This document shows, piece by piece, positions 17,616-28,091 of a stretch of 64,000 nucleotides of DNA. The number at the start of each line of letters is the position of its first letter. The first letter of the stretch is position 1. The DNA is taken from assembly GCA_964452625.1 (NCBI GenBank), contig CAYVMJ010000001.1, positions 489,914-553,913 on the forward strand. Reading direction: 5' to 3'. This DNA comes from an uncultured Methanolinea sp. (lineage in GTDB: Archaea > Halobacteriota > Methanomicrobia > Methanomicrobiales > Methanospirillaceae). The notes under the pieces are model-generated. The model had not been told where the DNA came from. It saw nothing but the letters and a program-made list of their open reading frames with translations, and searched no databases. The translations under genes were made by a program, and so were the position numbers.

Positions 17616-19985
17616 TTATTTCAATCTGTTGCAGAGATAGGACGAAGAGATCCAGGCATACTCTCTCCTGAAATCGTCCACGCTCACGTATGCGGGGACA
17701 GAGAGCGTGTAGTACAGCAATGCAAGGTAATATTGCCTGTTATCATCGTCGAGCAGCGTGATGGTGTCGGCATACCTGCGGAGTTGCCGTATCACCGTGA
17801 ATGCCTTGATGATATCCGGGTCGGTTATCCCCCCCGGAATTTCCGGGATCTCACCTGTCTTCTCCGGGTGCAGGAATGCTTTTTCCAGGGAAATGAGAGT
17901 GATTAAACGTTCTTCTGATGTGATGGGGATCATCTCGAATTTCAGGACCGCTTCGAGTTTCGCAATGTCCCGGAGGATATGCGAATGGCCTGTCATCGCA
18001 AAATCGATCAGCCACATATTCATCCCGTCATCCATCAGCACGTTCTTCATGTTCAGGTCGCCGTGGACGGAGCCTTCATACACGTTCCAGTTCTGTGAAA
18101 GGCGCTGGGGGAGGACGGATTCCATGAAATACAGGGGATTGCGGGATCTCCCTGCCCCAAAGGGAAGATCGATGAACTCATCATCCGGGGATATGCCGTA
18201 GCGTGCCTGTGCCCACGACCTGACCGCATCGTAGTTGAAAATATCGGCGTATATCCTGTAAAGGGGAAGATCCCGCAACCTCGGCTGGCCGTACCAGGCC
18301 CTGAGCACCTTCCGGAACAGCATGTCGAAGACTGCGCACACCTCTTCTGTGGTATGGGTGAGATAATACTCTTCGAGCGAGGATATCCGGCTTCCGGGCC
18401 CCCCGATTCCCACAAAAGAATACAGGATGCCCCCGTATTCCCCGCTCTGCCCCTGCTGGATGATCTGGGTCGCATTGTTCTGGATGTATCGCTTTACGTG
18501 CCCCTCGTACCCCTCGATCTCGGGTTTAATATTTTTCCATTTGTCCAGTTTCAGGACAAACGGCATCTCCCTCCGGCCGCTGCGGTCGTAGGCATCGTCC
18601 CGGAAGACGAGCGATCCGCTGTAGCCGCCGGAGATGGGGTGGAGGTGCACCTCCGAGCAGTCATGGTGCATCATGTGCACGATCTTCTCGTAATCCTGGT
18701 TCCATTCCCGAATGTCGCCCTCTATGAATACCGCAACCCCGGTGTTCAGCCGGATATCAGAAATGACAGAGAGGTGGATGGTTGCCCTCCGGATCCTGGT
18801 TTTAGGAGAGAGGTGGCGGAGAGATGCGGGACTGCCGGACGCAAGACCATCTGATGCGGCCTCCTCCGGCTGCACCTCGCTGTTGAACGGAAAACCAGGG
18901 AATACAAGGCTGAGAATCCGGGGAAGCATCCCGGGATGAGACGCGGGGTGGTGTACAAGGAGGTCTGTTGCAAGACCCCCGAACCGGGACTGCCCGACTG
19001 CCGGGTCCACTGCGACAGCACACCCTGCAAGTGTGGCACCACCGGAATCGCGGCCCGCACCGGAGCGGTCATCTTCACATCCCGTATCCGGCCCGCCAGT
19101 TGATGGAAAGAGGGTGCTGACACCCGCCGCCTCCGCAGAGAAGGAATAGGAGAGCACTCCGCAATATGCAGGGTCAAGACGGGAGGCAATGGAGGACAGC
19201 GCTTCATGCAGCGCAGTGAATGTGATGCCCTCATCGGAGGCGGCAACCACCCGGATATGGCACGCATCCGGACCCGCAGAAGAGATGAGAAACGAGGCAA
19301 CGAGAGGGACATTCATGGCCTTTTTATCCAGTACCAGGTAATCAAGAGTCCCGCCGGCACCAGGCATGAGCCAGACTGCGGTATGCCCGAGGGCGAGTAA
19401 ATCTCCCATGTATGCAGGGTCTACCTGCTGGAGGCCGGGGGCACCCCGGCCCAGGGACCAGGCATCCGTTCCCACACTCACAGGGATTGCCAGATCGTCC
19501 CCTTCCCCCTGCTGGAATCCGGGGGAGGGATGACCCGTGATTACGAGTTCTTTTGCGTCGGATCCCGCCGGGGTTACCGTGTATTCCGCCCCATCGATGG
19601 AAAAAGAGACAGAATCGCGCATGCGGGACGTCTCACTATGGGCACACACTTCCCTCGCCGCCCGCATTGCCTCTTCGCAGGTGGGATGAATGGAGAGGAG
19701 AGAGGAGAACCCGGTCATCTCGAGAACAGAGAGGGGATATTGCTGCACACGGGAGAGGTGGAGGCCGCCCTTCCGTCCTTTCAGTCGCTTCTCGGTTGCA
19801 ATAATGATCCGTATTCCCGCACTGCTCAGGTATCCTACTTTGGCCATATCCATGACCACGGCCCTGTCAGTATCAGAGATCCCGCTTTTCAGGGCATCCT
19901 CGAGTTCTATTGCGCCCTGCGCATCGAGCCGCCCTTCGAGTTTCAGGACGGGTACTCCGCCATCGCGTGTTGTTGTGATATGCAT
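17616..19985 (-). CDS. STAS-domain protein fused to a C-terminal protein-kinase-like (APH/ePK-fold) phosphotransferase domain
   Basis: N-terminal STAS/anti-sigma-antagonist-like segment (VLKLEGRLD...YLSSAGIRIII). C-terminal HGDLNMKNVLMD catalytic-loop-like motif and IDFAMTGH (DFG-like). Start is placed at the internal MHITTT. The ORF extends to 20111. Confidence 0.55.
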   Translation of the reverse strand: MHITTTRDGGVPVLKLEGRLDAQGAIELEDALKSGISDTDRAVVMDMAKVGYLSSAGIRIIIATEKRLKGRKGGLHLSRVQQYPLSVLEMTGFSSLLSIHPTCEEAMRAAREVCAHSETSRMRDSVSFSIDGAEYTVTPAGSDAKELVITGHPSPGFQQGEGDDLAIPVSVGTDAWSLGRGAPGLQQVDPAYMGDLLALGHTAVWLMPGAGGTLDYLVLDKKAMNVPLVASFLISSAGPDACHIRVVAASDEGITFTALHEALSSIASRLDPAYCGVLSYSFSAEAAGVSTLFPSTGGPDTGCEDDRSGAGRDSGGATLAGCAVAVDPAVGQSRFGGLATDLLVHHPASHPGMLPRILSLVFPGFPFNSEVQPEEAASDGLASGSPASLRHLSPKTRIRRATIHLSVISDIRLNTGVAVFIEGDIREWNQDYEKIVHMMHHDCSEVHLHPISGGYSGSLVFRDDAYDRSGRREMPFVLKLDKWKNIKPEIEGYEGHVKRYIQNNATQIIQQGQSGEYGGILYSFVGIGGPGSRISSLEEYYLTHTTEEVCAVFDMLFRKVLRAWYGQPRLRDLPLYRIYADIFNYDAVRSWAQARYGISPDDEFIDLPFGAGRSRNPLYFMESVLPQRLSQNWNVYEGSVHGDLNMKNVLMDDGMNMWLIDFAMTGHSHILRDIAKLEAVLKFEMIPITSEERLITLISLEKAFLHPEKTGEIPEIPGGITDPDIIKAFTVIRQLRRYADTITLLDDDNRQYYLALLYYTLSVPAYVSVDDFRREYAWISSSYLCNRLK

Positions 19986-20342
19986 GCGCACTGCCTCCCT
20001 TTTCGTCCTCCTTGCGTCAATACTATTGCGACATCGTATTCTATAAATGCAATCTGGAATTTTCATACCCCGAGCCCCACCCGGTCTGATCACCCCCGAG
20101 AAAGGCATCATCCCTCCCGGATTTGGAAAGGAAGTGGTAAAAAAGGCTCAAAACCGGGCGCGGGGAAAAAAATCATAAAATCGGGACATACCTCCAACTG
20201 CGATCGGTTTTCCCGTGTAGCTCTCCTGTGAACCACTCCTGATTCAGGGTGAGAAGGAGGGAGTTGCCGGGAGGATTTCGTGCCGCATATGTGGCTTTTT
20301 CATTCCCCTGGTAAAAGAAGACTGCCTGAGTGAAGTGACCCC

Positions 20343-20666
20343 TCATTTGCCGCCGGAAAGTGAGATAACTGTCCGGATCGAGGCCTCCCATTTGCCCGGG
20401 TTATCGACATACAGTGTTGTGGGTTCCATGTTTCCCTCAAAATGGACCCGGAGACCTTTCCTGCCTGACACGGACAGTGCCTGTATCGATCGAATCTGCT
20501 GGTCAATTTTGATCTCGGGTGTTTTGGAGAGGAATCCCCCTGTGATCACTTCAAACACCATACGGGTGTTCGTCAGGTACAGGGTCCCTTTCCCGAAAAA
20601 ATCTGACTTTGCAGAGTCCTGCAGGATGATATTTTCACCTTCCTGTAAAAAACCCATGAAAACCAC
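20343..20666 (-). CDS. Small PH/GRAM-like domain protein
   Basis: GTLYLTNTRMVFE pattern typical of bacterial PH-like domains. Assignment is weak. Confidence 0.4.
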   Translation of the reverse strand: MVFMGFLQEGENIILQDSAKSDFFGKGTLYLTNTRMVFEVITGGFLSKTPEIKIDQQIRSIQALSVSGRKGLRVHFEGNMEPTTLYVDNPGKWEASIRTVISLSGGK

Positions 20667-20948
20667 CGTTCCGGTATACCCAATGTCCTTCCCAAATCTA
20701 TAAGAATATATTGGAAGGGATCGTTCACCGGACGGGCGTCTCGCAATCCGTGACCGTTCAAGGGCGGGTCTGGTTCCAACAGAACGAAAATAACGGGTGA
20801 TACTGTCTTCTATTCACGCCATCCCCGTTCCAGGGGTCCGGTCACCCTGGCGGGTGAATCTGAAAGATGTCATCCCGTTATCGGGGAACCTTTTCCGGTC
20901 ACGTGGAGTCCCCCGCCTTTCACGCAGGAAAAAGGAAAAAATTCGCAA

Positions 20949-21863
20949 ATGGCAGGACTCATATCGTCACGCGTCAGGATCATAGGTATGCAGGACCCCT
21001 CTCTGCACGCCACCCCTGAAACGCTCGTCACGCTATCGTGTCCGGTGAGAAAGATCATCACTTTTCTCGCCGTCACCTTCCTCATTTCATCGATATTCTG
21101 GTATCTGGCCTCCCAGACCCCTCTGGTCGCAGAGAACGCATCGCGGCTCATGGTATATACCGTGGGAGCGATGTGGGCCCCGGCTCTTGCTGCAATCGCC
21201 ACCCGCCTTCTCTTCCAGCAAAATCTCATGGGTTTCGGCCTTCTCATCAGGAACCCCGCATAGCTCGCAGCAGGGATACTGCTCCCGGTCGCGGCAGGGC
21301 TCATCATGTTCGGTTCTGCATGGCTCACCGGCATCGCACCGTTCAACCCGGAAAAGGCAGGGATACTCTTTTCCATCGCGTTCATCCCGGCATTCCTCTC
21401 TGCCATCACCTTCAACTGCTTTGCCGCGGCCGGGGAGGAGTTCGGCTGGCGGGGTTTTCTCGTGCCCGAACTTGCACGCTGCATGAGTTTTACAAAACTT
21501 GCGCTCCTGTCAGGGGCGATATGGACTGTCTGGCATTTCCCGATGATGTTCCTGGGGACTTACCACGGCTCCGGTCCGATGTGGTACTCTCTTGCGGTGT
21601 TTATCCCCTCGGTGATGGGTGCCGGTCTCATACTGGCATGGCTCCGGCTCGCGTCCGGGAGTGTCTGGGTCGCTGTCCTCTTTCACGGGTTCTGGAATTA
21701 TTTTATCCAGGTGTTCTATCCCGCGCTGACGGTATCCACCCTGGCAGGAGAGATGATGCTTGGCGAGTTCGGCTGGTTCGTTGCGGTCTTTTACGTGGCT
21801 CTTGCACTGGTCTTCTGGTATTTCCGGGACAGGATTCCGGCACTCCCTGCCGGGGGGTTGTAA
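20949..21863 (+). pseudogene. CPBP-family (CAAX/Abi) intramembrane metalloprotease interrupted by one in-frame TAG at 21261-21263
   Basis: ORFs 20949-21263 and 21306-21863 are in the same frame and are separated only by TAG. The downstream part has the EExxxR motif (GEEFGWRGF) and FxxxH (LFHGFWN). The TM helices run continuously across the stop. Confidence 0.6.
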
Positions 21864-21985
21864 TGAGAGAGAAGATAAGGATCAACCCTTCCCTCTTTGT
21901 GACTCCCCGGGATTCTGGTATTTTTTCCGGCAAAACCCGGAACAGGGGATCTGCAGAACGGTTGAAAGAAAGAGAATATGGTTTT

Positions 21986-22546
21986 TTAGGCGGGCTGGGC
22001 CCGTATTTCGGGGGGAAGAATCCGTTCAATCAGAAAAGACGGCACCTGCTTTGACGTGCGTATGATGAGGTAAAAATCCGCGTTGTTCCCTGTGCTGCCG
22101 CGGTAGGTTGCCTCGATCCGGTAATTCGTGGAGAAAAGGGTTATACCGAGCATCGTGAAAAGCGCTCTTCGTTCGGATATTGTCTTTGTCTCACCGACAA
22201 CGAACTTCTCGTTCCGATCGCCGATCTTCATGATCATCTCGTCCCCCGCGGTAAGCGCTATGATGGGAATGCCTGCGATCTGGATAGACTGGCCTTCCGG
22301 TATCAGGATCGCGTAGGAGGTCGTAAAGGGATACGTGACACCCGGATCAGGGGCAAGGTTGGGCTCAACGGAGATCGAGAAGAAGGCGGCGATGACGATG
22401 ATGACAATGAGTGCGATGATTCCGCCTGCCATAAGGAGACGTGACTGTTTCTTCTTCGGATGTCCCGGGACAGGAGGGACCGTCCGGGTTGCCGGAGCAG
22501 CCTGATCATTCCGGGGTTCTTCCGTTGAGGGTGTTTCATCAGGCAT
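21986..22546 (-). CDS. Membrane-anchored hypothetical protein
   Basis: N-terminal Pro/Thr-rich stretch, a single TM helix (IIALIVIIVIAAFF) and an extracytoplasmic domain. Confidence 0.5.
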   Translation of the reverse strand: MPDETPSTEEPRNDQAAPATRTVPPVPGHPKKKQSRLLMAGGIIALIVIIVIAAFFSISVEPNLAPDPGVTYPFTTSYAILIPEGQSIQIAGIPIIALTAGDEMIMKIGDRNEKFVVGETKTISERRALFTMLGITLFSTNYRIEATYRGSTGNNADFYLIIRTSKQVPSFLIERILPPEIRAQPA

Positions 22547-22720
22547 AGTACTTCATCAGAATAGAACAGGATACTCAGTGTTAAATCTTGCGAATGCCGC
22601 ACGATCCGGGCCGGGTCGCAGAAAAGCCAGCGCAGGGCTGAAAAGCCCTCATCACATCGCCGGGCCTGTGTGCCATATCCTGACAGCAGCATGTATACTG
22701 TGACCACCCGGCCCGGACAG

Positions 22721-23554
22721 TCAGTCGGCCGGGCAGCGTGTGTGGGGCCGGGCACTTGGATCACAGAGATATTCGACAATCCGCTGGATCACTTCCGGGT
22801 TCCTGGGAAGGTGCAGGTGGCAGTACAGGTCAGGACTCCGGCGCAGCGAAACGGGGTCGGCAGGAAGGATATCATATCCTGCTCCCGGCAGGAATGAATC
22901 CACGTGGGGCACAATCCCGTCTCCTGCATACGTCGTCTCCCATCCGTCCCGCGAGGCAACGAGGGTCTTTCCCCGAAAAGGAGGAAAGAATGCGGGATTG
23001 GTGTCGCGGTTCTCGGTCAGGATCATCCTGTAGGAGAGATCCTCACGAATGCCGGCAGACCTGAGCATCCCCATCAACCTGCTCCCGGGCCGGAACTGCG
23101 TGACGATGATGTCTTCCGGGGGATTGAACCGGCGCGGCACGAATACGCCGCCAAGCACCCGGAGAATGCGGGGGCTGACGGAAGGATTGAAGAAGAGCTC
23201 AGCGAGGCTGGATCCGTTGTTGGGAGGACCGAGGGCGATCAGCTGGCCGACACGCTCCTCCTGCTCCCTGCCGTCGATCACTTCCAGGAGAAACCGTGCG
23301 ATCCCGGTCCCCATGGAATGGCAGATGATGTCAACCGGGCCGGAAAAACCCGTCGCATCCCTCTTTCGCCGCATGAAGTCCTGGAATGATCCGGCAATCA
23401 TGTCAAGCCCCGTTCCCCTCATCCACGAGTGATCAAAAAGCCAGCAGGGGATTGAACGCCCCGTTAAAGCCTCCACGAGGGGATCCCATATGCCGGGATG
23501 GCTCTTCCACCCATGGACCAGGACAACAGGACGGTGATCTGCAGTCACGAACAT
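22721..23554 (-). CDS. Alpha/beta-hydrolase fold esterase/lipase
   Basis: VVLVHGW and the nucleophile elbow CHSMG. Confidence 0.7.
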   Translation of the reverse strand: MFVTADHRPVVLVHGWKSHPGIWDPLVEALTGRSIPCWLFDHSWMRGTGLDMIAGSFQDFMRRKRDATGFSGPVDIICHSMGTGIARFLLEVIDGREQEERVGQLIALGPPNNGSSLAELFFNPSVSPRILRVLGGVFVPRRFNPPEDIIVTQFRPGSRLMGMLRSAGIREDLSYRMILTENRDTNPAFFPPFRGKTLVASRDGWETTYAGDGIVPHVDSFLPGAGYDILPADPVSLRRSPDLYCHLHLPRNPEVIQRIVEYLCDPSARPHTRCPAD

Positions 23555-23627
23555 TATTGTTCGCGTTCACCTGCCATAGAGGTTATGAATCGTGTCAGGA
23601 AAATCCAATGAACCCGGCCTGCACGGG

Positions 23628-26039
23628 CTATATGTGGGTCTCGCGGAGTGCATAACTCCCGGACCCGTCAGTCGCACGGACCATGACGTAATACCGCCCG
23701 GCTTCAGGGCTCTGGATGGTCACGGTTTTTGAAAATGTCCGGCCTGTGTTCGCGTAATCATAGGATGACCGGGTGGGATTCTCCCCCCTCTTTACATACA
23801 GGTCGAAGTTCCGGGACGCAATGCCTGAGAGGGACACCATGCATCTCCGGGCACCCGCCGGGATATCACAATAATACAGGGCTTCCTGCCCGGACGCGGT
23901 GAAACGCCCCTGGACCGAGCGAGAGGTGATCTCCTGTTCATTCTCTGCCGGTGTGGGGATGGGGGTCGCCGTACCCGTGGGTGTCACTGTCACCTGGTGG
24001 GACGATGCATGCGATTCCCTCACGATATAAGCCCCCTGCCCTGCGGCTGCATGGACCATGATATAATACCTGCCCGGCAGAGGATTCTGGATGACCACGG
24101 TCTCTGTCGATGCCTGCCCCGCTCCCTCATAATCATACGATGAAAGGGTGGGAAATGTATCCCGCTTCACGTACAGGTTGTAATCCCTGCCGCCAAGGCA
24201 TGTCAGGGTGATGGTGCATGCGCCGGAATCATCCGGGATGTCACAGTAATACAGGGCCTGCTGGCCGGACGCGGTGAACCGGCCCTGGACGATGCGGGAT
24301 GTGATGTCGGTCGCAGCAGCAGGGGGAGGTGTGGTCAGGGAAGGACTGGGGGTGGCGGTCGGAGTGACCGTGGGGGAACTCGTGACGTGCGACGCGGAGG
24401 TATGCGTCTCCCTGATCGTGTAGATGCCGGTTCCCGAATAGGAACAGACAAGGGCGTAGTATTTTCCCGCTTCAGGATAGGGAATAGTGAGTGTCTCCAT
24501 CGCCCCTGTCCCGGTTGACGCATGCTCGCAGGATGTCGTTGAGGGTGGTGATCCCCGTTGTATGTACAGGTCAAAATCAGCACCCGCCCCAAGCCCTGTC
24601 AGCGTCACGGTGCAGGTGCTGGCGCCGGCGGGGATATCAAAAGAGTACAGGGCCTGCTGGCCGGACGCGGTGAACCGCCCCTGGACGATGCGGGATGTGA
24701 TGTCAGTCACGGTGACTGTGGGGGTGGGAGTCGGGATGGTCGGGGCGATTGTGGGATCCGGCTGGTATGAACCCCGGACAAACACATCCTCGTAATGATG
24801 TATATCGGTGAAGGCCTCATCGTAAATCTCCCCGATGTTCGGCGGCCACGGATCATAAATCCTGAATTTTACCGATCCGAAATCATCCCGGTACCCTGCA
24901 CATGCACGGGCATGTATCAGGCCGTCAGGATAGGAGACGGAGCTGTCATACGGCCTCCCGGCATCGAGTTCGGTCTTCTCTTCGGCGACCGATGGGGTGG
25001 TATCGGAGAATGTGTCCTCCATGTCAAGCACATTTCTGAAGAAATTGATCTCCTGCTGGGTCGTGGTGCCTGCATTGTATGTGCCGGTCAGGCGGGCAAT
25101 CGTCTGCTGATCATAGATCTGCCCGTAATATTCGGAAATCATCTGGATTGTCGCGACAGTGCAGTAATAACTCGTTTCCTGGGGGTGGAGGTTCAGTGAA
25201 AGGTAATGCTCACCCCCTTTTGCGGTACCTGATCCCGCCAGGGAAGATGTGTAACGGCTGTCTATCCAGTCACTGAACCGGGGAATTTCTGCCAGGGACC
25301 GGCCAAGCGCCAGGAGAGCGGCTTTTCTTTCAGAGAGTGCTGCTCCTGGTCCGGGAGTCTGTACTCTTGCGAGAACCTGCGCATGTATCTGCTCTTCGCG
25401 TATCCACTGCTCGCGGTTCTTCATCAGGTCGCGTGCAGACACCATGTCATAATACGAGAGGGCGAATGCATATTCCACCGGCTCCGCGGTTGCAGCGTCG
25501 AGAATCACCTCGGTCGGAGAAGGAGAACCGGGTTCCTGGTATATGACCCTCTGGCCGATCTTTGGATACCTGTAGCATACGGGCTGCGCTGAAATGATGG
25601 TGCAATCCGGGCACTCTGCCGTGAGAAATTCTCCTGCATCCCTGTTCAGTTTCTCCCTGTCCCAGTACCCCGGGGTGAGGACGACGGCCATCACGGGGGA
25701 CGGGAGCACCCGGCTTGCACCGATCCTCACAGTCCCCAGATCGTCGTCCCCGCAGACGACATCGAACTGGTAAAAGAGGGGTTCACCGTTCATGTCATAG
25801 ATCGTGAGAGGATCAGGGGAGAGTGATGCACCTTCCCACAGGTGTGGGCCCGGTGCAGTGTGTCCGGAGAGTATGGACTCAAGAAGAGCCGATTGTGCCA
25901 GGTCCCGTGCATGATCCAGGGATATCTCCCCATCCCTTACATCACTGACAGGCACGGCCGATGCCGGGATTATTACCAAAATAAGGATGAGCAGGCTCAG
26001 GACGCCCGCGCATATCACGCGTCTTTGATAGTCTTTCAT
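23628..26039 (-). CDS. Secreted peptidase-C39-like cysteine protease with three C-terminal pre-peptidase (PPC) repeat domains
   Basis: N-terminal signal/TM. YYCTVATIQMISEYYG resembles the C39-like catalytic Cys region. Three repeats of about 100 aa have the form ITSRxVQGRFTASGQ.ALYY.DIP. Confidence 0.55.
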   Translation of the reverse strand: MKDYQRRVICAGVLSLLILILVIIPASAVPVSDVRDGEISLDHARDLAQSALLESILSGHTAPGPHLWEGASLSPDPLTIYDMNGEPLFYQFDVVCGDDDLGTVRIGASRVLPSPVMAVVLTPGYWDREKLNRDAGEFLTAECPDCTIISAQPVCYRYPKIGQRVIYQEPGSPSPTEVILDAATAEPVEYAFALSYYDMVSARDLMKNREQWIREEQIHAQVLARVQTPGPGAALSERKAALLALGRSLAEIPRFSDWIDSRYTSSLAGSGTAKGGEHYLSLNLHPQETSYYCTVATIQMISEYYGQIYDQQTIARLTGTYNAGTTTQQEINFFRNVLDMEDTFSDTTPSVAEEKTELDAGRPYDSSVSYPDGLIHARACAGYRDDFGSVKFRIYDPWPPNIGEIYDEAFTDIHHYEDVFVRGSYQPDPTIAPTIPTPTPTVTVTDITSRIVQGRFTASGQQALYSFDIPAGASTCTVTLTGLGAGADFDLYIQRGSPPSTTSCEHASTGTGAMETLTIPYPEAGKYYALVCSYSGTGIYTIRETHTSASHVTSSPTVTPTATPSPSLTTPPPAAATDITSRIVQGRFTASGQQALYYCDIPDDSGACTITLTCLGGRDYNLYVKRDTFPTLSSYDYEGAGQASTETVVIQNPLPGRYYIMVHAAAGQGAYIVRESHASSHQVTVTPTGTATPIPTPAENEQEITSRSVQGRFTASGQEALYYCDIPAGARRCMVSLSGIASRNFDLYVKRGENPTRSSYDYANTGRTFSKTVTIQSPEAGRYYVMVRATDGSGSYALRETHI

Positions 26040-26260
26040 CTGGCTGAATCACCGCCTTGCGGATTCCTGTATGGGAAAAAATCCCGGTCTTCCGGATTAT
26101 TGTGCAGGAATATGTGTCCTCGGATAATGAAGAATGTACCTGTGTGTATGGGTATTGCATACCGGGAGGATACGGGTGAATGCGCCTTGGGGTATCCGCA
26201 TGCAGTGTCCGGTTGAGGGCAGGAAACATTTGAGAGGGAGAAAGAAGATATTCCTACCAT

Positions 26261-27322
26261 ATGCTTCCGGTGGAATGGTCCAGGGCATCCCGGGCGCTCG
26301 TGCTCGCAGGATTCATCTTTCTCATCATTATCGGGCTAAAATTCACAGCCTATGTCTTCACCATCATCGTCATTTCTGTCATCCTGACGCTCATCGCCTG
26401 TCCTGCATTGGAACGGATGAGGAGGAGAGGTCTCCCTGATCTCCTGTCGGTCACACTCCTGACACTTCTTGCGGCAGGATGCCTCCTGGCACTTGTCGCA
26501 CTCTCTTTCTACTCGTTTGGTGTCCTGGTGCGGGATCTCCCCCTGTACCAGCAAGAACTCAATATAAGACTCGCAGAGATCTCCGGCGCACTCGGAAGAT
26601 ACGGGTTGTCGTCAAGCATGGTCCCGGCCTCCCCGGATCTCTCCTCGATGGTGAGCCTGGTCCTCTCATCGGTCATGAGCCTCTCTGATCTCGTCCTCTA
26701 TCTCTTCTTCATCGCTGTCACCACCTTCTTCATGATGCTCGAAGCTCCCCGGTTCTTCGACCGGCTCCGGCTCCTTCCCGGGATGGGCCCTGAAAGACTC
26801 TCGCGCCTCTCCGGCATGAGCCGCACCATGATCGACTTCCTGGTTGTCCGGACAGAGACGAATGTCATCCACGGGATCCTGTTTGGGGGAACGCTCTATG
26901 CAATGGGGGTGCATGCGGCGCTTCTCTGGGGTGTGCTGACCTTTGTGCTCTCCTTCATCCCGTTCATCGGGCTGATCATCGCGGCAGTCCCTGCAGTATT
27001 CTTTGCATGGATACAGTTCGGCGTATGGGGTGCGGCGGCAGTGATTGCACTTGTATGCATACTCAACCTGGTGGTCGAAAACCCTGTATTCTCGTATTTT
27101 GCATCAAGAACTTTCGAGATCCCTGCACTTGTGGTGATACTGTCCGTGGTCTTCTGGGGGTGGCTCCTCGGAATCGCGGGGATGGTCTTTGCCGTCCCCC
27201 TCACGCTCCTGACCCTCATCCTGTTCCAGTGCAGTGACGACCTCGCATGGGTGAACACTCTCCTCGGAGTGGACCGCCTTTTTGACAGCGGGAAGAAGGA
27301 ACCGGGGAAGGAATACACCTGA
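26261..27322 (+). CDS. AI-2E family transporter (PerM/UPF0118)
   Basis: Multi-TM protein whose topology and conserved C-terminal half (FIPFIGLIIAAVP...VFAVPLT) match AI-2E family transporters. Confidence 0.7.
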   Translation: MLPVEWSRASRALVLAGFIFLIIIGLKFTAYVFTIIVISVILTLIACPALERMRRRGLPDLLSVTLLTLLAAGCLLALVALSFYSFGVLVRDLPLYQQELNIRLAEISGALGRYGLSSSMVPASPDLSSMVSLVLSSVMSLSDLVLYLFFIAVTTFFMMLEAPRFFDRLRLLPGMGPERLSRLSGMSRTMIDFLVVRTETNVIHGILFGGTLYAMGVHAALLWGVLTFVLSFIPFIGLIIAAVPAVFFAWIQFGVWGAAAVIALVCILNLVVENPVFSYFASRTFEIPALVVILSVVFWGWLLGIAGMVFAVPLTLLTLILFQCSDDLAWVNTLLGVDRLFDSGKKEPGKEYT

Positions 27323-27409
27323 AAGCGGGGAAACCTCCCGAAAACACCCGGGGATACCCCTGATAGAGATGCGAAGAGCGCCCCGCGGATGGTTTTTTAG
27401 GGGAGAGGA

Positions 27410-27874
27410 GTGATCAGCCAGGAGGGATTGACGGAGTGCCTGTTGGGGGGAGAAGACGGGCCAAACTTTATCACATACTATCATGAAGCATCAGGTATGA
27501 CAGAGCGTCCACTTGGTGTCACGATCATCGGTATCCTCTGGATTATCGGAGGGCTGATCTTATTGATTGGCGGGCTGGGCCTTGCCGCTCTTTTAGCGGT
27601 GGTTACAGGACCCGTCGGTGGGGTGATAGGGCTTGCAATCGGGTTTATCCTGATCATTATCGGGATTATTGAGATCATTCTCGGCGTGGGATGCTTCAAG
27701 GGATGGGGATGGGTCTGGACGATAGGGGTGATCGTCACTGTCATCAGCCTGGTGCTTGGGATCTACAACCTGATTACAAGCGGGCCGAGCGCCCTGATTG
27801 GAATCATCATATCGGGCATCATCCTCTGGTACCTCTTCCAGGCAAACGTGAAGGCATACTTCGGAAAGACCTGA
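27410..27874 (+). CDS. Small integral membrane protein (the true start may be the internal MTERPLG at about 27497)
   Basis: Four predicted TM helices, Gly/Ile-rich. Confidence 0.5.
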   Translation: MISQEGLTECLLGGEDGPNFITYYHEASGMTERPLGVTIIGILWIIGGLILLIGGLGLAALLAVVTGPVGGVIGLAIGFILIIIGIIEIILGVGCFKGWGWVWTIGVIVTVISLVLGIYNLITSGPSALIGIIISGIILWYLFQANVKAYFGKT

Positions 27875-28091
27875 ATCTTTTCGGCCGGATCGGCACACCC
27901 CCTTTTTTTTTAATTACGGTTGAAAGGGAAACGTATTCCGTGTGTATGGGTCCCCCGGAGGCTGTGTGAACGCATCCCGGAGAAAACGGGAAGCCTGCCC
28001 GGTTATTATCGCAATACTATGGTGAGAATGGCGGTAATCCGGATCTATTGAGAGTGAAAAGTGAATCCCTTTTTAAAAAAAAAGGGATCTC

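Noticed and set aside
21261-21263. In-frame TAG in the CPBP protease read as pyrrolysine
   Set aside because: There is no Pyl machinery or methylamine methyltransferase context in this window, and the lineage signature is not Methanosarcinales. Pseudogene or sequencing error is more parsimonious, though it cannot be decided from sequence alone.
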